NCBI GenBank assembly: GCA_038878295.1 | Contig: JAVZVY010000005.1 | Location: 1-35,270 of the forward strand | Origin: Candidatus Micrarchaeaceae archaeon | GTDB taxonomy: Archaea > Micrarchaeota > Micrarchaeia > Micrarchaeales > CABMGC01 | Length of the DNA stretch: 35,270 nucleotides | Reading direction: 5' to 3' | Shown: piece by piece, positions 1 through 7,697 of the stretch | Layout: each line of letters begins with the position of its first letter | Position numbering within the stretch: the stretch's first letter is position 1 | The notes under the pieces: generated by a model | Databases searched by the model: none | Told to the model about the DNA's origin: nothing | The model's input: the letters and a program-made list of their open reading frames with translations, nothing else | Position numbers and translations under genes: made by a program

Positions 1-54
1 CAGGGAGCTTACTTTCTTGCCAAGAGATCCAGAAACGCTGTTTCCATGATGTAG
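1..54 (+). CDS. possible 3' end of an upstream CDS (partial)
   Basis: Frame 1 reads QGAYFLAKRSRNAVSMM* to TAG at 52-54, converging on the tRNA; too short to identify. Confidence 0.25.
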   Translation, partial: QGAYFLAKRSRNAVSMM

Positions 55-76
55 CAGATCTATTCTTCATGAGGGT

Positions 77-149
77 TGCGATCGCCGGGATTTGAACCCG
101 GGTCTTTGGCTTGGAAGGCCAAAGTCCTACCAGGCTAGACTACGATCGC
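77..149 (-). tRNA. tRNA-Gly(TCC)
   Basis: Reverse complement folds as a cloverleaf: GCGATCG acceptor, TTGGC-CTTCCAA-GCCAA anticodon arm, GGTTCAAATCC T arm. No encoded CCA. Confidence 0.97.
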
Positions 150-288
150 TTTAATCATTTTCATCGTGATAGATATTTATTGCTTGCTAATACCTCTTTT
201 GCAAGGCAAAGCAATCTGTTCGGTTTTTGTCTAAGCAGTATACGACATTTAAAAGCTTATCAGTGCTATTCTCTCCAAAGGTGTAAAG

Positions 289-2223
289 ATGGTTGTTGAT
301 AAAGAAGAAATAAAGCCTGCACTGAGGAATGCTGGTGGCTCAGAGGGCATAGGCATAGTAGGCATGTCTAGGTACGTGAGCCTGTTTCTGCCTACTAGCG
401 AAAAAGTCAAAGTCATAGAGAACATAAAAAGCGTCGAAGATGAGCTCAGCAAGGTAAGCAAAGGTCTTGGCTTCACTGAAGGCTACAGCATAGCCAATGT
501 CGGAGAAACGCCGATTACCGGAGCGATAATGGCCATAGTAAAGCTTGCTATACAGCACAACATAAGCCTCTCTGGAGTAAAGAGCCTTCTGTATTCTACA
601 GAAACGCCGAGCAGCCTTGCTGCAAACGACGCGGTTGCAATAAGAGACGGCGTAAACAGGGTTTCCAAAATACTCAGGGAAGAGGGCATTGCAGACATAG
701 GCACTCTTGATCCGGAAGATCTCCGCCACAACCAGAGCGCATGCGTTTCCGGCGTCGAATCCTTGTTTTCCATAGCGGCTGTAGGCAAGATAAGCGGCCC
801 TACGATAATAGTGACATCGGACAAAGCATATTACAAATGGGGCTCAAAAGAAGATGAAACAGGCGGCTACGGCTCAACCGCAGCGTACATAGCAAACATA
901 GACGATAATGCAAGCGCTCTCAAGCTGACAAAATTCAAAGGCTCGTCGCAGAGCGACAACCCAGACTTCGACAAAAGGGTTCTCACCGATTCAGACGAGC
1001 GCACAGGCATAGCAAAGGTTGCTAAGTATCCAATCGTGTTTGGTCCATATTCTGAAATAAAATACATGTTCAACGTCTTCGTGGCTATGGAAAAAGCTCT
1101 TAATTCAAAGGACATAGACATAAACGCGAAAGACTTCTTCGACAACATAGTTTTTGCCGGGCATGTGCCATATCCTGCAATGCCGCAGAAAGCGCTTGCA
1201 AACCTTCTCGTGCATTTTGCAAGGACAGACGAAAATTTCAGGAAAAAGATAATGGCCGAAATCAGCGAAATAATAGCAACTGACGCGAAGCTGCGCGAAA
1301 AGTACAAAGACGCAAAAATAGAGATACCGCGCATAGACGGCATAAACACCCAAAGGGAAACTTTTGAATTCATACTTGACATAGAAGGCCTTTCACTTAA
1401 GGTGCGGCAGGAAGCCGAAGCATTGCGGCTTTTGGGAGTCAATGGCGGCAAAAGCGAACCTCCGGAAAAATCTGCGCTTAGGGCAGGCGCGCTGCTCGAC
1501 TATCTCTCTGAATATAGAGAGAAATATAAAGTTGCGACTGGCAGCGAACTTGACAATATTTTCAGGAGCGCAGAATCAAAGCTAAAAGAAATAAAAGAAA
1601 ATGGAGCAAGCACCTTGGAAAAGACAATGGAAGCGTTTGCCGAAATAGACGCGTACATAGACGCGTATCTTGAAAGCAACAAGGAATTCAACAGCATAAT
1701 AAGACGCACAGAAACCTACAAAGAAATCGCAAAGAAGATAAACATAGAAGAAAGCCTTAAGCTTTCAAGGAGCACAGGCAACATATACACAGGTTCAGCA
1801 TTCCAGAGCTTGATTAGCTTGATAGCATACTCCGATCCGGATTACCTAGATAAGAAGCACATCCTATTTGCGGGCTTTGGTAGCAAAGAAGGAGCTTATA
1901 TAATAATGCTCGAGCCTCAACACGTTCGCAGCATAGCCAGCACGCTTCTCAAGAGCATAGAATTCGACGAGAAAAACAGGGAGAAGATAACCGCAGAAGA
2001 GTACAAGAAGATAAGGATCGATGAAAACTTCAATAGGATAAAGCCCATGATAGCTGACACTGGCGGAATACTTCAAAATGACATCTTCGCTATCGACAGA
2101 ACGCGAATAGCCAATTATTTTGGCAGGCTCAAGTCCATTTCGGTTGAAAATGGCAGCATTGACATAATCAAAAATGTGGCCAGGCAGGCGCATACAGAGC
2201 ACAGTATGGAGAAGGTTTCATAA
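289..2223 (+). CDS. hydroxymethylglutaryl-CoA synthase (bacterial/haloarchaeal MvaS-like) with a large internal insertion
   Basis: Motifs YSTET (E105), SACVSG (C152), SDKAYY..GS..DETGGYG, GHVPY (H292), GNIYTGS (N498) and GFGS match the MvaS catalytic motifs; GGTG RBS at 280-283. Confidence 0.8.
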   Translation: MVVDKEEIKPALRNAGGSEGIGIVGMSRYVSLFLPTSEKVKVIENIKSVEDELSKVSKGLGFTEGYSIANVGETPITGAIMAIVKLAIQHNISLSGVKSLLYSTETPSSLAANDAVAIRDGVNRVSKILREEGIADIGTLDPEDLRHNQSACVSGVESLFSIAAVGKISGPTIIVTSDKAYYKWGSKEDETGGYGSTAAYIANIDDNASALKLTKFKGSSQSDNPDFDKRVLTDSDERTGIAKVAKYPIVFGPYSEIKYMFNVFVAMEKALNSKDIDINAKDFFDNIVFAGHVPYPAMPQKALANLLVHFARTDENFRKKIMAEISEIIATDAKLREKYKDAKIEIPRIDGINTQRETFEFILDIEGLSLKVRQEAEALRLLGVNGGKSEPPEKSALRAGALLDYLSEYREKYKVATGSELDNIFRSAESKLKEIKENGASTLEKTMEAFAEIDAYIDAYLESNKEFNSIIRRTETYKEIAKKINIEESLKLSRSTGNIYTGSAFQSLISLIAYSDPDYLDKKHILFAGFGSKEGAYIIMLEPQHVRSIASTLLKSIEFDEKNREKITAEEYKKIRIDENFNRIKPMIADTGGILQNDIFAIDRTRIANYFGRLKSISVENGSIDIIKNVARQAHTEHSMEKVS

Positions 2224-2313
2224 TGCACAATGCATGGCAACACGCAGCGCAATCAGATGCCCATCGGCTTACATTCTTATACGTTTATTTATACAAGAAT
2301 AAATGGTGCTAAA

Positions 2314-2682
2314 ATGCCTGGGGCTGTTGAAAAAGAGAGCCAGCATCTGGAAAAGTACAAGCATATCTATGAAAAGAATGGTGGCCTGCGCATAATGTAT
2401 GAGCTCCCAATTACGTTTAGTGGCAATGCCATAGAAATAGCAGATACTGTAAGAAAATACTCTAAGGAAAAGGCAGCCAACTATTCTGATGATGAAGCCA
2501 AAATGCTTACCGACACCGTGCAGGTTTATATCTACAACAACCAGTTTCTAAGGGTTGTTTCTCCTGTATTCTACGACGAGAAAGTCGGGGCATACGCCTC
2601 AGAATACGCTAGGAATGTTGCCGAATATGCGTACGATCTAATAAGAAAATCCCAAGAATATCAAAAATCAATCAGAAAATGA
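2314..2682 (+). CDS. hypothetical protein (122 aa)
   Basis: ORF of protein-like composition; ATG at 2314 preceded by GGTG plus a 5-nt spacer, as in other genes here. Confidence 0.7.
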   Translation: MPGAVEKESQHLEKYKHIYEKNGGLRIMYELPITFSGNAIEIADTVRKYSKEKAANYSDDEAKMLTDTVQVYIYNNQFLRVVSPVFYDEKVGAYASEYARNVAEYAYDLIRKSQEYQKSIRK

Positions 2683-2691
2683 GCTGTTTGC

Positions 2692-3012
2692 ATGCCATTC
2701 GAATCAAAAAGATTCCAAAAGCGCAACGAAAGTTTCAAATGCGACAACTGTAATACTTATGTCAAAGGCAACGGCTACACTGATCACTGTCCAAACTGTC
2801 TGTATAGCAAACATGTCGACATTAATCCAGGCGACAGAGCGTCAAGCTGCGGCGGACTGATGAAACCGGTTTTCACAGAGTACGATGGCAAGAATTTTAT
2901 AATACACTACGAATGTGAGAGATGCCACGCGCATAAAAATGTGAAGGCGGCAGAAAACGACAATATTGAACTCCTTTTCAGACTTCTACCTCGTAATAAC
3001 GGCCGCCAATAA
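2692..3012 (+). CDS. RNHCP-domain zinc-binding protein
   Basis: FKCDNC...TDHCPNCLYSKHVD..PGDRAS.CGGLMKP...CERC pattern typical of the RNHCP family. Confidence 0.88.
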   Translation: MPFESKRFQKRNESFKCDNCNTYVKGNGYTDHCPNCLYSKHVDINPGDRASSCGGLMKPVFTEYDGKNFIIHYECERCHAHKNVKAAENDNIELLFRLLPRNNGRQ

Positions 3013-3028
3013 AAGTAAATAATTCTGA

Positions 3029-3101
3029 TGCGGCCGCCGGGATTTGAACCCGGGCTGCAGCCTTGGCAAGGCCGCGTCCTACCAGGCTAGACTACGACCG
3101 C
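3029..3101 (-). tRNA. tRNA-Gly(GCC)
   Basis: Cloverleaf on the minus strand, anticodon loop TTGCCAA, GGTTCAAATCC T arm. Confidence 0.97.
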
Positions 3102-3226
3102 ATTCCTTGAACTAAAGAGCACGAGTTTTGTGCATGCATTATGCACGCGCAGCCATCCACCCTATTTATTATATTTTATGTTTTTATACCTTTGTCTTGG
3201 TTGCATAGCATAAGCAAAGTGGTCCA

Positions 3227-4129
3227 ATGCACGGCAAAGGAACCGCATATTCTGTCGCGATACTTACAACGCTTCTTTACAGCGCTTGGTACATCAGCTT
3301 AAGCTTTCTTGCCAATTACTACAAGGGCGCGTATTCGCCAATCTTCTCATTTCTGCTCATATTCATCATAGTTGGCTTGATGAGATTTTTATTGGCTCAT
3401 GGCAACCTGCATCTTTATGAAGCATCAGATGTGGTGTATCCCCTTGTATCAGGATTGTTTTACAGCCTAGGCAACTACGTTTTTTATGTGCTAATTTATA
3501 AGAATGGCGTGCAGTTCGCAAGCTCTTTCGCGTCTGCAGAGATAATATTCTTCGTCATAATGCTTTGGATTTCAGGCAAAAGAAGAAGCGGCATGGTGCT
3601 TTACGCAATCGGCTCGGTGCTGATAGCCGCAGGTCTCATCATGGAGTCGGCAATTCTTGATGGCACTGTAATTGCATTGAACGCCAAACTGCTTGAATAC
3701 GGCCTCCTCATGGCCTTCTTTTTCGGTATGGCGACGTATTTCTACTATGTATCAACAGTTAGGATAAAGAGCATTACCGCAACGATGTTTTACATAACTC
3801 TTGCCGAAGCCATTGCATTTCTTTTCATGTTCATACTGTTTTACAACGTCATAATCTTGCCAACAATAAATCTGGACTATGTTATCCTGGTGATAATCTC
3901 ATCAATTATGTTATTCTTCTCTTTTCTTGCCGAGACTTGGATGATGAAGCTGCTTGCGCCCCTTGGCGAGGGAACAGTGGCAACTGGCTACATACTAAGC
4001 GATCTTGAGCTTCTTCCAGTGATGTTTTACGCGATAGCGATAAATCCAGCTTCATGGGTTTCTTTTGCACCCGGAATGCTTGTAATAACTGCCGGAATGG
4101 CGTTGCTAGACTGGAAAAGGCCAGCGTAA
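3227..4129 (+). CDS. EamA/DMT-like membrane transporter
   Basis: 300 aa with about 10 hydrophobic segments arranged as two similar halves. Confidence 0.65.
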   Translation: MHGKGTAYSVAILTTLLYSAWYISLSFLANYYKGAYSPIFSFLLIFIIVGLMRFLLAHGNLHLYEASDVVYPLVSGLFYSLGNYVFYVLIYKNGVQFASSFASAEIIFFVIMLWISGKRRSGMVLYAIGSVLIAAGLIMESAILDGTVIALNAKLLEYGLLMAFFFGMATYFYYVSTVRIKSITATMFYITLAEAIAFLFMFILFYNVIILPTINLDYVILVIISSIMLFFSFLAETWMMKLLAPLGEGTVATGYILSDLELLPVMFYAIAINPASWVSFAPGMLVITAGMALLDWKRPA

Positions 4130-4196
4130 ACGATGCATGCTTATGAAAATAGCATGGGCGAAAATTGTCTCCTGTGGACTTAAGCGTTTTATCAAT

Positions 4197-4268
4197 TGCC
4201 GCAGGTCGGATTTGAACCGACGACATTCCGGTCTTCAGCCGGACGCTCTCCCACTGAGCTACTGCGGC
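4197..4268 (-). tRNA. tRNA-Phe(GAA)
   Basis: GCCGCAG acceptor, TCCGG-CTGAAGA-CCGGA anticodon arm, GTCGG-TTCAAAT-CCGAC T arm. Confidence 0.97.
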
Positions 4269-4289
4269 ACTTAAATTGCAGTGTCTCAA

Positions 4290-4318
4290 GACTTATAAGA
4301 GTTGCAGAATATATAATA
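4290..4318. promoter_or_regulatory. AT-rich divergent promoter region (TATA-like TTATAA, ATATATAA) between tRNA-Phe and the helicase gene
   Basis: TTATAA lies about 25 nt from both the tRNA 5' end (4268) and the helicase ATG (4321); no RBS before the ATG, suggesting a leaderless mRNA. Confidence 0.45.
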
Positions 4319-4320
4319 GT

Positions 4321-5871
4321 ATGCCAAACGAAGAATGGTATAAATTAGGTAGCGCTGCAAACTTTATAAATGTTGATGCGATAGACTTTCGCGAGTACCA
4401 ATTCAACATAATAAGGAAAATATACGAAGGCAGGAATACAATTGTGATACTCCCCACAGGGCTTGGCAAGACACTGATTGGCATATTTGCAATCGCAAAA
4501 GCGCTTGCCGAAGGTAAACGGGCACTCTTTCTTGCTCCTACAAAACCGCTTAGCGAGCAACATTTTTCAACCTTGACAAGCACCCTTAAATTGGAGCCCA
4601 ATGAGATACTCCTGCTTACAGGAAGCATTAGCAGGAAGGAAAGATCAGACCGCGAGTTGACGGCTAAGGTTATTGTCGCCACTCCGCAAACTGTAGCAAA
4701 CGATCTGAAAAGAGCCGCGTTTTCGATGCATGACTTCGGCGTTGCGGTCTTTGACGAATGCCACAGGGCTGTGGGAAGGTATGCCTATACATATGTGGCA
4801 AACGAATGCACGATAAATGGCGTGCAGATCGTTGGCCTGACGGCTTCGCCAGGAGGAAACAAGGAAAAAATATCAAAGCTACTGGATGCTTTGAGCATAG
4901 AAGAGATAGAAGTCAGGACATCCACAGACAAGGACGTGATAAACTACGTAATGCCCAAATACGTCCACGTAGTGAGCGTTGAAAAGTCTGAGCTGATAAA
5001 CAGGATAGCCGCGCTTCTAGAGCCAATGATACAGGAAAGCCTTGCAAGCCTCAACAAGATGGGCCTTCTCTACGTAAAAAGATTCCAAAACATACCTAAG
5101 GGCAGGCTGATAGCGCTAGGCGACGAGATAATGAAAATAAAGGCGCAGAACTTCAGATTCGGGGCATTCACGAGCTACATAAAACTGCTGAACCTGCTGC
5201 ATGCCTACGACCTTATTCAAACAGAGGGCTTCTATCCATTTGTTGACTATCTCAATCGACTGGGCGCGCGCGAGAAGAAAAGCAGAGCGCTTCTTTCCCT
5301 ACTTAATGAGAAAAATCTTGTAATCGCGAAAGCTATGGCCGAGAATGCCATAAGAAGCGGCATTGAGCATCCGAAGACAGCGGCGCTGCTAAAGCAATTA
5401 GCATCTTATCGAGGAAAGAGTGCTATCGTCTTTGCGCAATACAGATCAACAATAAAGATGCTTGTAGACATTCTTACAAAGAACGGCTTTGCGGCAAGGG
5501 CTTTTGTGGGCAAGAAGGAGGGCGTGACTCAGGAGGCTCAGAAGCAGACCATATCTGATTTTAGGGAAAAGAAGTTCGACGTGCTCGTTGCGAGTTCGAT
5601 AGGCGAAGAAGGCCTGGACATACCCTCTGTCGACCTTGTTGTATTTTACGAACCAATACCTAATGAGATAAGGAACATACAAAGAAGGGGCAGAGCCGGT
5701 CGCGTCAGGGCTGGCGATATAGTGGTGCTCACAACGAGCGAGACCAAAGACATGGTATACCTTTTCGTTTCGATGCAGAGGGAGCGCAAGATGCTTTATA
5801 TAATTAATAGGCTAAAAGCTGAGATGGAAGAAAGGAGAATTTCGCGCGAAAGCGGGCAGAAAAGGCTTTGA
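4321..5871 (+). CDS. hef: Hef/FANCM(Mph1)-family DEAH helicase (helicase module only)
   Basis: LPTGLGKT, DECH, TASPG, HPK, EEGLDIP and QRRGRAGR motifs; no C-terminal ERCC4 nuclease; ends in QKRL. Confidence 0.88.
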   Translation: MPNEEWYKLGSAANFINVDAIDFREYQFNIIRKIYEGRNTIVILPTGLGKTLIGIFAIAKALAEGKRALFLAPTKPLSEQHFSTLTSTLKLEPNEILLLTGSISRKERSDRELTAKVIVATPQTVANDLKRAAFSMHDFGVAVFDECHRAVGRYAYTYVANECTINGVQIVGLTASPGGNKEKISKLLDALSIEEIEVRTSTDKDVINYVMPKYVHVVSVEKSELINRIAALLEPMIQESLASLNKMGLLYVKRFQNIPKGRLIALGDEIMKIKAQNFRFGAFTSYIKLLNLLHAYDLIQTEGFYPFVDYLNRLGAREKKSRALLSLLNEKNLVIAKAMAENAIRSGIEHPKTAALLKQLASYRGKSAIVFAQYRSTIKMLVDILTKNGFAARAFVGKKEGVTQEAQKQTISDFREKKFDVLVASSIGEEGLDIPSVDLVVFYEPIPNEIRNIQRRGRAGRVRAGDIVVLTTSETKDMVYLFVSMQRERKMLYIINRLKAEMEERRISRESGQKRL

Positions 5872-5873
5872 AA

Positions 5874-7145
5874 ATGATAAGCGTTACTACACTATTCTTG
5901 CTCTTTGCCGGCGTTGTCTTTCTAGGCTACATTCTCTACGCTCTTTTCGACAGGATAAAGATAGCAGGAATATTGCCTCTCATGATCGTCGGGCTAATCA
6001 TAGGGCCCATACTTCATATTGTAAACACATCGCCGGGAAGCACAGTCGCAAGCATAGCGCCATATGTTGGTGGCATAGCCATAGCATTTGTGCTTTTCAA
6101 TGCCGGATTAAGCATAAAGCTAGTAAGGCTTCAGAAAATAATCATGGTAGCTACGAAATTCACATTTTTGCTCGAAATAACCACAGGAATTGTGCTCGGT
6201 ATTATAATCCTTTTAACAACTAGCTGGGGCCCTATAATGGCGTTTGTGGCTGGCTTCGGGCTTGCCGGTCCAAGTTCAATAGTCGTGCCAACGCTTCTCA
6301 GAAACAGCAACGCCAATGAAAATCTTAAATCGTCGCTGCTATTCGAAAGCGTGACTACTGATTCGCTGCAGCTTATAATCCCGACCTTGCTCATAGAAGT
6401 CATTGTCTTTCATACTTTTACTATAGGCTCTGCTGTAAGCCTGATGTTCAGCGCAATAGTGGGCTCTATCCTGCTCGGAGTCGCTTCCGCAGCATTCTGG
6501 ATTTTCCTTCTTAAGAAGTTCGAGAGCTACAGCAGAGAATACAGCTGGATGCTCACAATAACCATGGTAATAGCTACATATGGCGTTGCGCAGGCTCTCT
6601 CAATGAGCGGCGCAATAGTCGTATTCGTTTTCGGAATAATGCTTGCAAACTTGCCTGAGGTGGACTGGATAAAGGCTTATACGTACGACATAAACAAGGA
6701 GTTCAAGTACATAAAGTCATATCAGAATGAGATAACATTCTTTGTTAGCACGTTCTTTTTTGTGTATGTTGGCATGCTTTTCACAACTGGAGGCCTTAAC
6801 ACAGACCTTGCACTGATTGCTGTGGCCTTGTCTCTGGCGGTGCTTTTGCTAAGGCCTTTCTTTGTGCCAATGCTCAACCAATTCTTTAGCAGGAATGTCG
6901 AAAGCGATAGCGAGAGGACTCTTGCAAAGTTCAATGTGGGCAGGGGGCTGTCACCAGCCATAGTAGCGACCATGCCCGCGGCCTACGGCATTTTTGTGCC
7001 CGGCTTCATTGATCTCATGTTCCTCACAATACTTTTTACAAACGTCATATCTACTGTGGGCATGTATATATATGCGAACGAAGTCAAGTCTGAAAGAGCG
7101 GCGGTAGAGCCAAATCGCAGCAAGCAGCCTACGCAGAAAATGTAA
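5874..7145 (+). CDS. cation:proton antiporter (CPA1/NhaP-like)
   Basis: About 12-13 TM segments; GLIIGP, LFNAGL, FES..TD, FFFVYVG and GRG motifs. Confidence 0.85.
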   Translation: MISVTTLFLLFAGVVFLGYILYALFDRIKIAGILPLMIVGLIIGPILHIVNTSPGSTVASIAPYVGGIAIAFVLFNAGLSIKLVRLQKIIMVATKFTFLLEITTGIVLGIIILLTTSWGPIMAFVAGFGLAGPSSIVVPTLLRNSNANENLKSSLLFESVTTDSLQLIIPTLLIEVIVFHTFTIGSAVSLMFSAIVGSILLGVASAAFWIFLLKKFESYSREYSWMLTITMVIATYGVAQALSMSGAIVVFVFGIMLANLPEVDWIKAYTYDINKEFKYIKSYQNEITFFVSTFFFVYVGMLFTTGGLNTDLALIAVALSLAVLLLRPFFVPMLNQFFSRNVESDSERTLAKFNVGRGLSPAIVATMPAAYGIFVPGFIDLMFLTILFTNVISTVGMYIYANEVKSERAAVEPNRSKQPTQKM

Positions 7146-7184
7146 TGAGCAGTGAAGCGCCTCCCGAAATCGCGGGCTGTCGCT

Positions 7185-7481
7185 TCAGCCTTTTTTCAGT
7201 ATCTGAAGCCACTCTATTATTTCTATTGTTTCTTTGCATGCCTTCGCAATCTTTCCGTAGCCTGGGTCCTCCTCGACTAATTTGTCCAATGCCTTTAGCA
7301 CTTTGCCTGTGTCGTGCCTTTCTGTAATCGTGTATTTGATAAGCTCCTCGCTGACTTTTGCAAAGTTCGCCTTCATCGCGTCTTTTATTTCGGTGCTAGA
7401 CATTTCCTCAAAACGCTTTTCGCGAGCGAAGCCCTTTTTTACATCTAACTCGCTCTCAGATAGCGATGCACACACTTCCAT
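7185..7481 (-). CDS. hypothetical helical protein (98 aa)
   Basis: Charged helical ORF filling the gap; GGTGGGG upstream of the ATG at 7481 and an AT-rich promoter-like region beyond. Confidence 0.6.
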   Translation of the reverse strand: MEVCASLSESELDVKKGFAREKRFEEMSSTEIKDAMKANFAKVSEELIKYTITERHDTGKVLKALDKLVEEDPGYGKIAKACKETIEIIEWLQILKKG

Positions 7482-7697
7482 CCCCACCCACACTATCTTT
7501 TTTGCATTACCTTATATTTAAATATATTGTTTTGATTGATTTTTTGTTTATAAATATCGCTTTGTCAGCAACGTAAATCTGCAACATCTGCAGTTACGGA
7601 TAAGAATCGCGTAAGTAATACGTTTCAAAACATCAAGGCTCAGTGATGCGTCAATCTTATATTTTTTGATGTCTAATTTATCTTACTTGGTGACTAA

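Noticed and set aside
111..299. 62-aa + strand ORF
   Set aside because: Overlaps the antisense of tRNA-Gly and the promoter region; no protein features.
867..1451. 194-aa minus-strand ORF and many similar antisense ORFs across the window (e.g. 13159-13608, 22471-22896, 29696-30262)
   Set aside because: Shadow frames of well-supported genes; S/F/M-rich composition, no RBS or motifs.
77..3101. Two co-oriented tRNA-Gly genes sharing 20-22-nt identical blocks flank three CDSs, like attL/attR of an integrated element
   Set aside because: Both are complete tRNAs with different anticodons, so the identity is explained by isoacceptor conservation; there is no integrase.
3130..3146. GTGCAT-N5-ATGCAC inverted repeat upstream of tRNA-Gly(GCC)
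   Set aside because: Only 6 bp per arm, and TGCA/ATGCAT words are frequent in this sequence; cannot be supported as an operator.
3906..4289. 127-aa minus-strand ORF
   Set aside because: Runs through tRNA-Phe and antisense to the transporter; spurious.
4359..4370. AAACTTTATAAA matching the start of the tRNA-Ala intron hairpin
   Set aside because: 12-nt AT-rich match inside a CDS without the second arm; likely chance.
7500..7697. Longer intergenic region with GTGATG and an ACATCAA/TTGATGT inverted repeat as possible C/D sRNA
   Set aside because: No proper C box plus CTGA D box pair; adequately explained by two divergent promoters.
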